Source: Candidatus Xenobia bacterium (GTDB taxonomy: Bacteria > Vulcanimicrobiota > Xenobia > Xenobiales > QWHO01). Taken from it: 64,000 nt of DNA. The stretch is taken from NCBI GenBank assembly GCA_045863235.1, contig BTUM01000035.1, forward strand, positions 1-64,000, written 5' to 3'. Position 1 is the first letter of the stretch, and the number at the start of each line of letters is the position of its first letter. Shown piece after piece: positions 31,033-41,249 of the stretch. Under the pieces are notes generated by a model that saw only the letters and a list, made by a program, of their open reading frames with translations, had not been told where the DNA came from and searched no databases. The position numbers were made by a program, and so were the translations under genes.

Positions 31033-33276
31033 GTGAAGACGCTTGGACCTGAAAGCGTAAGCGAGGTTTTGCACACCGTTGGAAAGCCCATGCGGCGCCC
31101 CGACGCGCCCGAGAAGGTGCAGGGACGGGCGCTGTACGTGGACGACGTGCACCCGGCCGGCATGCTGTATGCGGCCGTGGTCCGAAGCCCCCACGCGCAC
31201 GCCCGCATCAAGGCGATTCGCACCGAGAAAGCGGCCGCCGTCGAGGGCGTGTGGACGGTCATGACCCACCGCGACATCCCGGGCCGGAACATCATCCCGA
31301 TGATCAAGGAAGACTGGATCTGCCTGGCCGCGGAGACCACCCACCACGTCGGCGAGGCGGTCGCCCTGATCGCGGCCGAGACGAAAGAGGCAGCCGCCCG
31401 GGCGGTCGAGCTGGTGGAGGTGGATTACGAGGTCCTCGCCCCTGTGCTCACTATCGAGGAAGGCTTCGAGCGCGAGGACTTCCTGGCCCAGTGGAAGATC
31501 CTCAAGGGCGATACCGAGGCTGCCTTCTCCAACCCCGAGCATGTCGTGCTCGAGGACGTCTACCGCACCCCCTATCAAGAGCATGCCTACCTCGAGACCA
31601 ACGGCATGCTGGCCATGCCCGACGGGCTGGGCGGGATCCTCCTTCAAGGCTCGCTGCAGTGCCCCCACTACGTGCAGAAGGCCGTGGCCGTGGTGCTGGG
31701 CATCGACATGGCCAGGGTGCGCATCGTGCAGCTTTGCACCGGCGGCGGCTTCGGTGGCAAGGAGGACGCCCCCAGCGCGCCCGGCTCGCACTGCGCCCTG
31801 CTGGCCTGGAAGACCAGGCGTCCCGTCAAGCTGGTCTACAGCCGCGAAGAGGACATGATCTGCATGTCCAAGCGCCACCCGGGCAAGGTGCGCTATCGCA
31901 TGGCCTGCTCCCAGGACGGGGTCATCCAGGCAGTCGATGTGGACTACTGGCTCAACGGCGGGGCCTATACCACGTTGTCGCCGGTGGTGTTGTGGCGCGG
32001 CCTGGTGCACGCCGGCGGGCCCTACCGGGTTCCCAACGTGCGCGTGCACGCCTACGCCGTGCGCACCGATACCGTGCCCTGCGGCGCCTTCCGAGGCTTT
32101 GGCGAGCCCCAGATCGTGTTCGCGGTCGAAGCCCACATGGACGCCATGGCCGCGAAACTGGGCCTTGATCCGGTGGCCTTTCGGCTCAAGAACCTGCTCG
32201 ACTACGGGGATGAGACCATCACCGGGCACAAGATCGAAACCTCCTGCGGCATGCTGGAAGTGGTGGAGAAGGTGCTGGAGAAGGCCGAGTGGCACCAGCG
32301 GCACCCGAGCTACGGCCGGGATACCGGCCGGCTGCGCCGGGGGCTGGGGGTGGCCTTCTCCTACTATGGGGTGGGCCTGGGGGCGCTGGGCAAGCACCTC
32401 AACCCGGCCGCGGCCAACGTGGTGGTCTCGGCCGACGGCTCGGTGACCATCGCGGTGGGCACCACCGAGTTGGGCCAGGGCATGGTCACGGTGCTGACCC
32501 AGATTGCCGCCGAGGAGCTCGGCTGCGATCCGTGCCTGATCCGCCTGGTCGAGTCGGACACCAGCCGGGTGCCCGACTCGGGCCCCACCGTGGCCAGCCG
32601 CACCACACTGATGTCGGGCAACGCGGTGCGCAACGCATGCCAGCAGATCAAAGAGCGCATGGAGAGCGAGCTGAAAGACCAGGTCATCCCCTGGAAGTCG
32701 GCCACTTTTCAGCCCGAGGCGTGGCCGGCGGCGGTGGCCGCCTGCCTGGGCAAGTGCGTGCAGATGTCCTCTCAGGGCTGGTCGGTGCCCCCCAAGACCA
32801 CCTTCGACGTGGACACGGGGCAGGGCGATCCCTACGTCACCTACACCTGGAGCGCCAACACGGTGGAGCTGACGGTGGACGTGGAGACGGGCGAGGTGGT
32901 GGTGCAACGCCTGGTCAGCGGCCACGACGTGGGCAAGATCATCAACCCCCAGACCGGCGAGGGCCAGATCGAGGGGGGCTCGATGCAGGGGCTGGGCTGG
33001 GCCCTGGTGGAGGAGCACCACCTCAAGGACGGGCGCATCTTGAACAACCAGTTCTCCAACTACATCATCCCCACCCCGATGGACACGCCCGAGCTGATCC
33101 CCGTGATCGTCGAGCACCGCTATCCCTGGGGCCCTTACGGCGCCAAGGGCCTGGGCGAGACGCCCATGATCGCGGTGGCGCCGGCCGTGGTGAACGCCAT
33201 CGCCCAGGCGGTGGGCAAGCGACTGAAGGAGATTCCGGCCACGCCGGAGCGGGTCTGGGAGGCCCTGAACGCATGA
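31033..33276 (+). CDS. xanthine dehydrogenase family molybdopterin-binding subunit
   Basis: RSPHAHA, QEHAYLE, GGGFGGK, AFRGFG, GQIEGG and GAKGLGE motifs; GTG start inferred from GGGAGG. Confidence 0.93.
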   Translation: MKTLGPESVSEVLHTVGKPMRRPDAPEKVQGRALYVDDVHPAGMLYAAVVRSPHAHARIKAIRTEKAAAVEGVWTVMTHRDIPGRNIIPMIKEDWICLAAETTHHVGEAVALIAAETKEAAARAVELVEVDYEVLAPVLTIEEGFEREDFLAQWKILKGDTEAAFSNPEHVVLEDVYRTPYQEHAYLETNGMLAMPDGLGGILLQGSLQCPHYVQKAVAVVLGIDMARVRIVQLCTGGGFGGKEDAPSAPGSHCALLAWKTRRPVKLVYSREEDMICMSKRHPGKVRYRMACSQDGVIQAVDVDYWLNGGAYTTLSPVVLWRGLVHAGGPYRVPNVRVHAYAVRTDTVPCGAFRGFGEPQIVFAVEAHMDAMAAKLGLDPVAFRLKNLLDYGDETITGHKIETSCGMLEVVEKVLEKAEWHQRHPSYGRDTGRLRRGLGVAFSYYGVGLGALGKHLNPAAANVVVSADGSVTIAVGTTELGQGMVTVLTQIAAEELGCDPCLIRLVESDTSRVPDSGPTVASRTTLMSGNAVRNACQQIKERMESELKDQVIPWKSATFQPEAWPAAVAACLGKCVQMSSQGWSVPPKTTFDVDTGQGDPYVTYTWSANTVELTVDVETGEVVVQRLVSGHDVGKIINPQTGEGQIEGGSMQGLGWALVEEHHLKDGRILNNQFSNYIIPTPMDTPELIPVIVEHRYPWGPYGAKGLGETPMIAVAPAVVNAIAQAVGKRLKEIPATPERVWEALNA

Positions 33277-33737
33277 AGCTGAGCTGCAAGATCAACGGTG
33301 AGAAGGTCGAGCGCGTGGTGGATCCGGCCGCCCGCCTGCTCGACACCCTGCGTGAGGAGCTGCGCCTGACCGGCACCAAGGAAGGGTGCGGCAAGGGCGA
33401 GTGCGGCGCCTGCACCATCTTCGTCAACGGCAAGCCGGTGGACTCGTGCCTGATGCTCACCATCCAGGCCCAGGGGGCCGAGATCGTGACCATCGAGGGC
33501 CTGGCCAGGGACGGCAAGCTGGATGCGGTGCAGGAGTGCTTTATCTCGGAAGGGGGCGTGCAGTGCGGATTCTGCATTCCGGGCATGATTATGGCCGCCC
33601 GGGCCCTGCTCGATGAGCACCCCGAGCCCACCCTGGAGCAGATCCAGTACGGGCTGGGCGGCAACCTGTGTCGCTGCACCGGTTACTCCAAGATCTTTCA
33701 GGCCGTTTTGAAAGCCGCCCAACTGGAGCGCGTATGA
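33273..33737 (+). CDS. xanthine dehydrogenase family (2Fe-2S)-binding subunit
   Basis: GTKEGCGKGECGACT, QCGFCIPG and NLCRCTGY motifs. Confidence 0.95.
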   Translation: MKLSCKINGEKVERVVDPAARLLDTLREELRLTGTKEGCGKGECGACTIFVNGKPVDSCLMLTIQAQGAEIVTIEGLARDGKLDAVQECFISEGGVQCGFCIPGMIMAARALLDEHPEPTLEQIQYGLGGNLCRCTGYSKIFQAVLKAAQLERV

Positions 33738-34558
33738 TCACCGTCTTTCGGCCCGAGACGCCGGACGAGCTGTTCGAGCTGGTGACGAGCCAGCCGGCCC
33801 CGCACTACTTCCTGGCCGGTGGCACCGATCTGCTCGTGCAGCACAAGGACGGAGCCATCGGGCCTTCGACCTGGTTCGACCTGACGGCTATCTCCGAGTT
33901 CACTGGCATCCGCCAGGAGGAGGGCAAGATCGTGCTGGGTGCCACCACCACCCATGACGAGCTGGTTCGCTCACCTTTGATCCAGAAGTACGCTCCCGTG
34001 CTGGTGCAGGGGGCCGAGGTCATCGGCGGTCCCCAGATCCGCAACCGGGGCACGGTGGGCGGCAACCTGGCCAACGGCTCTCCGGCGGCCGACACGGCCC
34101 CGCCGCTCTATTCTCTGGAGGCCGAGGTAGGCATGAGCAATGGCCAGCGAACCCGCTGGCTGCCCATCGCCGACTTCTTCTTGCACGTGCGCAAAACGGC
34201 CCTGGAACCCGGCGAGCTGATCACGGCCGTGCGCTTTCCGGCCCGCGAGGGCATCCAGGGCGGTTTCATGCGCCTGGGCCAGCGCCGCTCGCAGGCCATC
34301 AGCAAGGTCTCGGTGGCCGTCAGCGCGGTGGGCCGCTTTGATTACCTGGCCATCGCCTGCGGCTCGGTGGCCCCCACGGTGGTGCGCGCTCCCCGGGCCG
34401 AGGCCATTTTGCGCGAGCAAGGCATGGCCGGACTGGAAGAGGCCGGCCGGGTCATCTGCGAGGAGGTCAAGCCGATCAGCGACGTGCGCTCGACGGCCGA
34501 TTACCGGCGGGCCATGACCGGGGTGCTGCTGCGACGGGTGCTGGAGAGTCTCCGGTGA
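33734..34558 (+). CDS. xanthine dehydrogenase family FAD-binding subunit
   Basis: LAGGTDL, QIRNRGTVGGN, SPAAD and PISDVRSTADYR motifs. Confidence 0.95.
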   Translation: MITVFRPETPDELFELVTSQPAPHYFLAGGTDLLVQHKDGAIGPSTWFDLTAISEFTGIRQEEGKIVLGATTTHDELVRSPLIQKYAPVLVQGAEVIGGPQIRNRGTVGGNLANGSPAADTAPPLYSLEAEVGMSNGQRTRWLPIADFFLHVRKTALEPGELITAVRFPAREGIQGGFMRLGQRRSQAISKVSVAVSAVGRFDYLAIACGSVAPTVVRAPRAEAILREQGMAGLEEAGRVICEEVKPISDVRSTADYRRAMTGVLLRRVLESLR

Positions 34559-34562
34559 CCTC

Positions 34563-35585
34563 TTGAGTGATTCCCTCCCGGATTACCCCGAACTTCTCGG
34601 ACTGGTGCAGCAACTGGTCCACCGGGTCAGCCAGCCTGAGCTGGTGGAGGGCCTGGAGCGAGTGGCCAGCCGCTACCTGGGCAGTCGAGTCACCTTGTAC
34701 CAGGAGAAGCCAGCTGAAGCATCCCGTCCCCTGGGGGCGGGCAATGGCAGGGTTCTCGGCTATCTGGCCTGCGAGCCCTCCTTGTTGTGGGGTCCGGTGG
34801 CCGACCTGCTGGCCGCCCTTTGCTCACTGGCTCTGGACTGGACGCAGGCCAGCCAGGACGAGCCGCGCTCGGGCTATCTCGCCGAGCTCATCGCTGCCCG
34901 CACGGTGCTGGCCGAGATGCTGCCCTCGGGACCTTTGCAGGCAGGCGACTGCACTGCTGCCGGGTGGTTGCAGGCTGTCCATTACGTGGGGGGAGACTGC
35001 TTCGACTTCTTCACGGTCAATGGTGAGTTGCGCTTCTTCATCGCGGACGCGGTGGGGCACGGTCTGGCCTCCACCTTGATGTCGCTCGAGTGCCGGGCGC
35101 TCTGGCGGGCCCTCAGCCGCACCCGCCCTCCGGCCCAGACCGCTGCCATCCTCAACGAGTTGCTCGCCCACGACGATCGGGGCCAGGAGCGTTTCGTGGC
35201 CTGCTGTCTGGGGGAGGTGAGCTGTGAGTCTTCCATGCTTCGCTACGTCTGTTGTGGGCTGGCCCCCTGCATTCATCGGCGGGCCGACGGCACTACCGAC
35301 CTCGTGGAGACCGCCGACCCTCCGCTGGGGGTGATTCAAGACGCCTCCTTCCGCCAGCATGAACGGGACTTTCCGGCCGGCGACGCGGTGCTCTTTCTCA
35401 CCGATGGGGTTCTCGACTGTCTGCAGTCGGATGGCACTCGCTACGGCCAGGGGCGCATTGTTGACCTGGTGAGGGGCCTGGGACCTGACGCGATCCTGGA
35501 GGGGCTACGTCAGGATATCGGGAGCTTCGCTGGCGATCACCCCCAGCAGGACGACGCCGCCGCGCTGGTGATTCATCGCTCCTGA
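34563..35585 (+). CDS. PP2C-type (SpoIIE/RsbU-like) phosphatase
   Basis: VGGDCFD, IADAVGHG, LTDGV and QDDA motifs. Confidence 0.88.
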   Translation: MSDSLPDYPELLGLVQQLVHRVSQPELVEGLERVASRYLGSRVTLYQEKPAEASRPLGAGNGRVLGYLACEPSLLWGPVADLLAALCSLALDWTQASQDEPRSGYLAELIAARTVLAEMLPSGPLQAGDCTAAGWLQAVHYVGGDCFDFFTVNGELRFFIADAVGHGLASTLMSLECRALWRALSRTRPPAQTAAILNELLAHDDRGQERFVACCLGEVSCESSMLRYVCCGLAPCIHRRADGTTDLVETADPPLGVIQDASFRQHERDFPAGDAVLFLTDGVLDCLQSDGTRYGQGRIVDLVRGLGPDAILEGLRQDIGSFAGDHPQQDDAAALVIHRS

Positions 35586-35607
35586 GTCGAGTGAGCCCCC
35601 CCGACGC

Positions 35608-36765
35608 ATGAGCCTTGCCCTCATCTTGCTCTTTGCCACGGCCGCGGGGCTGTCAGTGGGGAATCTCTACTACGCCCAACCGCTCCTGGGGGCAATCTCC
35701 AATGCCTTCCATGTGACCGAGGCTCACGCGGGTCTGATCGCCACCGTGACCCAGCTGGGCTACGCCGCAGGACTGGTGCTGCTGGTGCCCCTGGGGGACC
35801 TGTTCGAGAACCGCCGGTTGCTCACGGTGCTGCTGGGAGGAACGGTGCTCTCGCTGCTGGCGGCCGCGGTTGCTCCCAGCATGCTCTGGTTCGTGCTGGC
35901 CTCGCTGGCCATTGGCGTGACCTCGGTGGTGGCCCAGGTGCTGGTTCCGTTCGCGGCCAGCCTGTCGCCCCCGGCGCGCCGGGGTGAAGTGGTGGGGCAG
36001 GTGATGAGCGGGCTGCTGCTCGGCATTCTGCTGGCCCGCGCCCTGGCCGGGCTGCTGTCGGACCAGTTGGGCTGGCGGGCGGTGTACCTCATCTCCGCCG
36101 CCCTGATGGGGCTTTCCGCCGTGACCCTGCGCCTGTGCCTTCCGACGCGCCAGCCGGGCTATACGGGCACCTACGGGGCGCTCCTGCGCTCTCTGGTGGA
36201 TATCTACCGGGCCCAGCCCGTGCTGCGTCGGCGGGCTGTCTACCAGGCGGCGATGTTCGGCAGCTTCAGCGCCTTCTGGACCTGCCTGACCTTCCTGCTG
36301 AGCGCGCCCCCCTTTCGCTTCTCGATGGCCCAGATCGGAGCGGTCGCCCTGGTGGGGGCTCTGGGGGCCACGGTCGCTCCCCTGGCCGGTAAGCTGGGCG
36401 ACCGGGGCGCCTCGCATCCGGCCACGGGCGCCGCGCTGGCGCTGGCGGCGCTGGGGTTCGGACTCACTTTGTGGCAGACGTCCCTGGTCGCCATCGTGGT
36501 GGGCGCGTGTCTGCTCGATCTCGGAGTGCAGATGTGCCTGGTGCTGGGCCAGCAGGCCATCTATAGCCTGGACGAGAGCCAGCGCAGCCGGCTGAACACG
36601 CTCTACATCAGCATCTTCTTCCTGGGAGGGGCGGTCGGCTCGGCTCTGGCCTCGCAGGCCTACGGGCACGGGGGCTGGACCTGGGTGGTGGCCATCGGGA
36701 GCGGAGGTCCGCTGCTGGCCTTCTTCTACTGGCTGACCGAGCGGCGCTCAGACCTTGCGGGCTGA
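35608..36765 (+). CDS. MFS transporter
   Basis: NLYYAQPLL, QLGYAAG and PLGDLFENR motifs; ~12 TM segments. Confidence 0.92.
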   Translation: MSLALILLFATAAGLSVGNLYYAQPLLGAISNAFHVTEAHAGLIATVTQLGYAAGLVLLVPLGDLFENRRLLTVLLGGTVLSLLAAAVAPSMLWFVLASLAIGVTSVVAQVLVPFAASLSPPARRGEVVGQVMSGLLLGILLARALAGLLSDQLGWRAVYLISAALMGLSAVTLRLCLPTRQPGYTGTYGALLRSLVDIYRAQPVLRRRAVYQAAMFGSFSAFWTCLTFLLSAPPFRFSMAQIGAVALVGALGATVAPLAGKLGDRGASHPATGAALALAALGFGLTLWQTSLVAIVVGACLLDLGVQMCLVLGQQAIYSLDESQRSRLNTLYISIFFLGGAVGSALASQAYGHGGWTWVVAIGSGGPLLAFFYWLTERRSDLAG

Positions 36766-36785
36766 CCGTCGGCCGGACAGGGGTT

Positions 36786-37994
36786 TCACCGCTCCTGAGT
36801 GACCTCCGATTCTCCCCGGGTCATCTCCGCCAGCGAGGCCGGGGCGCGGCAGCGCCCCATGCACACGTCCTCGAGCAGCAACAGCAAGGAGCGGTTGTTC
36901 GGATCCTTCGGATTGAGGCGCAAAGCTCGTTCGGCCAGCTCTTTGGCAGCGCTCGGGTCGCCTGCTAGCAGCTCGGCCACCGCCAGGTTGGTCAAGAGGC
37001 CCGCGTCCTCGGGCCGGACCTGGCTTGCCTTGCGAGCGGGCTCCAGGGCCTCTTCGTTCAGGCCGACCCGCAACAGCGCCAGGGAATACTCGCGCAGCAC
37101 GTCCGGGTGCTCGGGCTGAAGCTGGCTGGCCCGGCGCAGCAGCACGCAGGAGGCTTGCACTTCGCCCAGCTGAGCCTGGCCGCGTCCGGCCAGCCACAGG
37201 GCAGCCCAGCTCTCGGGGCGGTGCTGCAGGTGCTCGAGCAGATCGTCCACGGCCCTGCTCAGGGCTTGGCGAGGGGCGCTCTCTCCCTGCTCGAGCAACT
37301 CGATGAGGGCGGTCGAGCCGCGCTCATAAAGATCCCCGCGGCCCCGAGCCCAGTCGATCAGCTGCAGGGTGTAGTCGGGCTCGAGTGGGCAGGCCGTGAT
37401 GGCCTGCACCGCGCCCTCGACGTCGTTTCGCAGGAGGTGGGCCCGGGCCAGCAGCTCGGCCAGGGGGGCGTGATTGGAGAGCCCCTCGCCCTGCAGGGCG
37501 GCCTGCAGAATGGTATCCACCTCCTGGCTCGGCTCGCGGTCGTTCTTGAGCATCAGCACCTGGGCCAGATAGACCCGGGCTGGAGCATAGCGGGGCCAGG
37601 AATTGCACAGCCGGCGAAAGGCGCGCTCGGCCTCCTCGAGCTGGCCCGCCTCGGCGGCGGAAAGGCCATTCTGATAGAGGGCTTCCGCCTCGTCTGGCTC
37701 GAGAAAGCGCGGGGTGAGGACTTCGCCGCAGTCGGGACAGACCCAGCCATCTACAGACAGGGGGTAGTGATCCCACAGGGTGGCGTCGGTGGTGAAGATC
37801 ACCTCCTGCACCTTTCCCCCGCAGGACTCGCAGCTCTCCAGCTCCCCCCTCCGTCGCCCCTCGGTTTCGGCCTGCAAGGGGAACTGCCGGGCGCGCTCCA
37901 GGTTGCGCAAAACCACCGTTCTCACAGCATGGAAGCTGTTCGCCCCGGGCGGAGTGTTCTCATTCCGGCAACAAATGTCGAAGTTTGGATCCAT
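36786..37994 (-). CDS. TPR protein with N-terminal putative Zn-ribbon
   Basis: CESC...CPDC followed by TPR-like helices; start uncertain. Confidence 0.7.
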   Translation of the reverse strand: MDPNFDICCRNENTPPGANSFHAVRTVVLRNLERARQFPLQAETEGRRRGELESCESCGGKVQEVIFTTDATLWDHYPLSVDGWVCPDCGEVLTPRFLEPDEAEALYQNGLSAAEAGQLEEAERAFRRLCNSWPRYAPARVYLAQVLMLKNDREPSQEVDTILQAALQGEGLSNHAPLAELLARAHLLRNDVEGAVQAITACPLEPDYTLQLIDWARGRGDLYERGSTALIELLEQGESAPRQALSRAVDDLLEHLQHRPESWAALWLAGRGQAQLGEVQASCVLLRRASQLQPEHPDVLREYSLALLRVGLNEEALEPARKASQVRPEDAGLLTNLAVAELLAGDPSAAKELAERALRLNPKDPNNRSLLLLLEDVCMGRCRAPASLAEMTRGESEVTQER

Positions 37995-38005
37995 ACACTC
38001 GGCCC

Positions 38006-38557
38006 ATGACGATTCGAGAAGTTGGACGGGAAGTCGGTCGTGGTCTCTTCGTGGTGGCCCGCGAGGCGGGAGAAGCGGCCAAGAACGACCCGGCGCTGGC
38101 CCTGCGGGTCTCGGCCACCACCTTGCAGGACACCCTCATGACAGGCGTGGTCAACGACAGCGTCAAGTCGGGCATGTCCTCCACCATCGTGCCCCTGATG
38201 CGCGGGGCCTTGCTGGCCATGAACACGGTGCGCTGCGCGGAGACCTTCAAGGACCCGACCAGCACGAAATTTGACAAGGGGATGGACGCCCTGCGCGTGG
38301 CCACGGACCTGGTCGGCTTCGTGGGCGGTCTGGCCATGCTGTTCACCCCCGCTTACGCCGGGGTGGGCGCCCAGATGGTGGGAGTGGCCTACGCCGCCGA
38401 CCTGATCTCGCACGGCTATCGGGGGATTCAGCACGTCGGGCGCCGCATCAAGTACTGGGAGGCCAAGCTGGCCGAGGAGAAGCCGCCTGAGCCCACTCCG
38501 CCGCCCCGCTCCTCGGTCACCGGGTTGACCGGCTCGTTCTTGCTGGCCCGCCCTTAG
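38006..38557 (+). CDS. hypothetical membrane protein
   Basis: GC3-biased ORF with hydrophobic segments; TACACT 6 nt before ATG 38006. Confidence 0.65.
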   Translation: MTIREVGREVGRGLFVVAREAGEAAKNDPALALRVSATTLQDTLMTGVVNDSVKSGMSSTIVPLMRGALLAMNTVRCAETFKDPTSTKFDKGMDALRVATDLVGFVGGLAMLFTPAYAGVGAQMVGVAYAADLISHGYRGIQHVGRRIKYWEAKLAEEKPPEPTPPPRSSVTGLTGSFLLARP

Positions 38558-38615
38558 ACGCTGAAAGCCCATGCGGCTGATGGCCGCGGATCCAAACCTG
38601 TGGCATAATCTTTTC

Positions 38616-40283
38616 ATGCGGCGAAAGCAGGGGGTCAGCCTGGGCACCACCTTGATGGTGGTCTCCATCGTGGCCATGCTGGGCCTGGCCCTGGCGGCCA
38701 GCAACATCACCCACCTCGGCCTGATGGCCCGCAGCAACAACGCCACCCTGGCCCTGGACCAGGCCCGCTCGGCGGTGGACATCACCCTGGCCCACCTTTA
38801 CACCGATAAGGTCTATGGCACCAACAACGAGACGGTGACCTGCCAGGGGCCTGACCAGAGCGCGGGTTGGGTCACCTTCGACCCGGCCGAGGCGGCCCGG
38901 CTGGGGGTCAGCCAGTCGCTCAACAACCTCAGCCAGAACGGCTCCAATCTGGCCCCTGATGGCCAGGTCGTGCCCCAGCAGGGTGCCTACCTGGTGGGCG
39001 TGGGCAGAGCTAACGGAGTGACCCGCACCGTACGGGCGGTGGTGTTCCTGCCGCCCTATCCCTACGCCGCCTCCAGCGATGGGGCCATCGTGTCGCTGGG
39101 CAACCTGGTGGTGGGCTCGCTCCAGACAGGCCAGAGCGTGGGCACCCCAGCCGACCAGCTCGCTCCGGCCGATATCGCCAGCAACGACCCCACCGGGCTG
39201 GCCATCGATCTCGGCCCGAGCAGCACGATTCGGGGCAGCCTGCGAGCCGTGGGGGGAGTGCGGGTGGCGCCCGGCAGCGTGGTCGGCAAGCAGTTGACCG
39301 GGCAGTCCCCGGTCAAGGTGCCCGACATGCAGGTGGACAGCTTTGACCCCGCCGCCATGAGCCCACCTCAGCAGAGCACCGCCCTGCAACCTGTCTACTC
39401 ACAGAGCACGGGCTTCACCGGAGCCTTGCGCCGGGATGGCGACGTCACCGTGACCGGGGATCTCACCCTCACGCAGGCGCTGGTCTTCGTGCGCGGCAGT
39501 CTGAACATCACCGGCAGCGTGACCGGAGAGGGGATCCTTGTTGCCACGGGCGACCTCACGATCGGTGGTCAGGCCCGGATGACCAGCGCCAACCGGGTTG
39601 CCCTCCTGAGCAAGGGCAAGATCACCCTGGCCGGAAACGGGCCGGCCAGCTCCGACCTGCGCGGCCTGGTCTATGCCGAGAACGGCCTGTCGACGCAGCA
39701 GCTGAGCGTGCAGGGGGCGGTGGTGGCCCGCAACCCGCAGAAGGTGGAGATGGTCGACACCCGCCTGCTGGGAGATGGTGCGCTGCTGCAGGCGCCCTTT
39801 GACATCGCGCTCGCTCAGCCCGCTCCTACGCCGCCCTACGTGGTGGGGAACGGGTTGACCGCCCCTGAGGGCTCGTCTTCCCAGGTTGACATCGTGGCAG
39901 CCGCCCAGCAGGCTCCCGGGGCGAGCGCGTCCTTCTACCAGCTGACTTCCTTTCAGGTCACGTCGAGCCCGGATGGCACCATGGGAATCTCCATCGTTAC
40001 CACCACATACGAGAGTGGTGGCTCGAGCGTGGCCGAGCCGGTCATTCTGAACGGTCTGTCACCCGAGGACCTCACCCTGGTCCTGACCACCGGCCGGCCG
40101 GCCGGCACCGGGCTCCCTGCCCTCCCTGGCCTGGGCATCAAGCCCCAGCAGGTCCCCACGTTCGACCCCCCCGGTAGCTCCGGCAGCGGTTCGGGTGCAG
40201 GCATCTTCCAGCTGAGCGTCGACCCGAGCCAGCTCTTGCCGCTGGAAGACCGGGCCCGCATCCTTCTCTGGCGCGAGGATTGA
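38616..40283 (+). CDS. large PilX/GspK-like minor pilin (cassette D), 555 aa
   Basis: MRRKQG|VSLGTTLMVV; SLNNL; repeated G-x-[LV]-x-[VI]-x-G beta motifs; C-terminal ILLWRED. Confidence 0.75.
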   Translation: MRRKQGVSLGTTLMVVSIVAMLGLALAASNITHLGLMARSNNATLALDQARSAVDITLAHLYTDKVYGTNNETVTCQGPDQSAGWVTFDPAEAARLGVSQSLNNLSQNGSNLAPDGQVVPQQGAYLVGVGRANGVTRTVRAVVFLPPYPYAASSDGAIVSLGNLVVGSLQTGQSVGTPADQLAPADIASNDPTGLAIDLGPSSTIRGSLRAVGGVRVAPGSVVGKQLTGQSPVKVPDMQVDSFDPAAMSPPQQSTALQPVYSQSTGFTGALRRDGDVTVTGDLTLTQALVFVRGSLNITGSVTGEGILVATGDLTIGGQARMTSANRVALLSKGKITLAGNGPASSDLRGLVYAENGLSTQQLSVQGAVVARNPQKVEMVDTRLLGDGALLQAPFDIALAQPAPTPPYVVGNGLTAPEGSSSQVDIVAAAQQAPGASASFYQLTSFQVTSSPDGTMGISIVTTTYESGGSSVAEPVILNGLSPEDLTLVLTTGRPAGTGLPALPGLGIKPQQVPTFDPPGSSGSGSGAGIFQLSVDPSQLLPLEDRARILLWRED

Positions 40284-40285
40284 GC

Positions 40286-40870
40286 TTAGAAATCCTGGTT
40301 GCGAAGCCGGATGCTGCGCGTCAGCTCGAAACGCTGGTCCTGCACCGCCAGAACCAGTCGCACCGTGGGCGCGGGCGCGGCCAGATCGACCTCGAAAGCC
40401 TGCACGTGGGTGGCCAGCACCCGGTCGCTAGCGCTCGTCCCCCCGATCAGCTGGCCCAGCTCGGCCAGAGTGGGGGCGAAGGCTGCATTCACGGTCGGTG
40501 CGCCGCGGACCAGGTTGGGCGGGCCGGGCGGCCAGCTGCGGTAGCGGAGCTGGCCCGAAGGATCGAGCCAGTAGAGCCGCAAATTGTCGCTCCAGGCCTG
40601 ATCGCCCGCGCCGGTCACGTCGGCCAGCGGCTGCGCCGCCAGGATGGGAGGACCGGTCACGAAGCTCAGGCCCTCGAGGGGTGTGCGGGACAGGTCGCGC
40701 ACGATGCGGTCGACGCTGACCTGGGCCAGCTGCTGCAGCTCGATCTGCTGGGTGCCCCGCCGGGCGCCGGTGACCATCGGCAAGAGCACCTGCGAGAGCA
40801 GGATCAAGAGCAGCAAGAGCAAGACCCCGCCCAGCATGACCTCGATCAGCGTGAAGCCCCTACGGAGCAT
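40286..40870 (-). CDS. prepilin-type protein (PilW/GspJ-like, cassette D)
   Basis: MLRRG|FTLIEVML; C-terminal IRLRN. Confidence 0.85.
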   Translation of the reverse strand: MLRRGFTLIEVMLGGVLLLLLLILLSQVLLPMVTGARRGTQQIELQQLAQVSVDRIVRDLSRTPLEGLSFVTGPPILAAQPLADVTGAGDQAWSDNLRLYWLDPSGQLRYRSWPPGPPNLVRGAPTVNAAFAPTLAELGQLIGGTSASDRVLATHVQAFEVDLAAPAPTVRLVLAVQDQRFELTRSIRLRNQDF

Positions 40871-41249
40871 AGACCCTCGTGACCTCGCGCACCACCTCGT
40901 GGGGCACCTGACGATCGACCCAGCTCACCCGCACCCGCAGACCGATGAGCAGGCCCGGTTTGGTGCCCGGCCGGTCGGCGGGGAAGATCTCCAGGGTGGG
41001 CTGAAATCGCGTCCCGTGCCCGTCCACAGCTGGCAGCGCCTGCGGGGGGGCGGGTACCAGTTGCGCAAAGGGGAGGGCCAGTTGTCTCTGCAACACGCTC
41101 TCGGCCAGGGCATTGGCCTGCAGGCGCTGGCCCGAGTAGCGCACGCTGGCCACCGAGGCGGGGTAGAGGTTGAAGATCAGTACCACCACCAGCCCCAGCA
41201 GGAAGAAGCACAGGATCAGCTCGGCCAGGCTGATGCCACGTCGGGTCAC
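40860..41249 (-). CDS. prepilin-type protein (PilV/GspI-like, cassette D)
   Basis: MTRRG|ISLAELIL; LRVRVSW; GTGA overlap with the upstream gene. Confidence 0.82.
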   Translation of the reverse strand: MTRRGISLAELILCFFLLGLVVVLIFNLYPASVASVRYSGQRLQANALAESVLQRQLALPFAQLVPAPPQALPAVDGHGTRFQPTLEIFPADRPGTKPGLLIGLRVRVSWVDRQVPHEVVREVTRVYAP

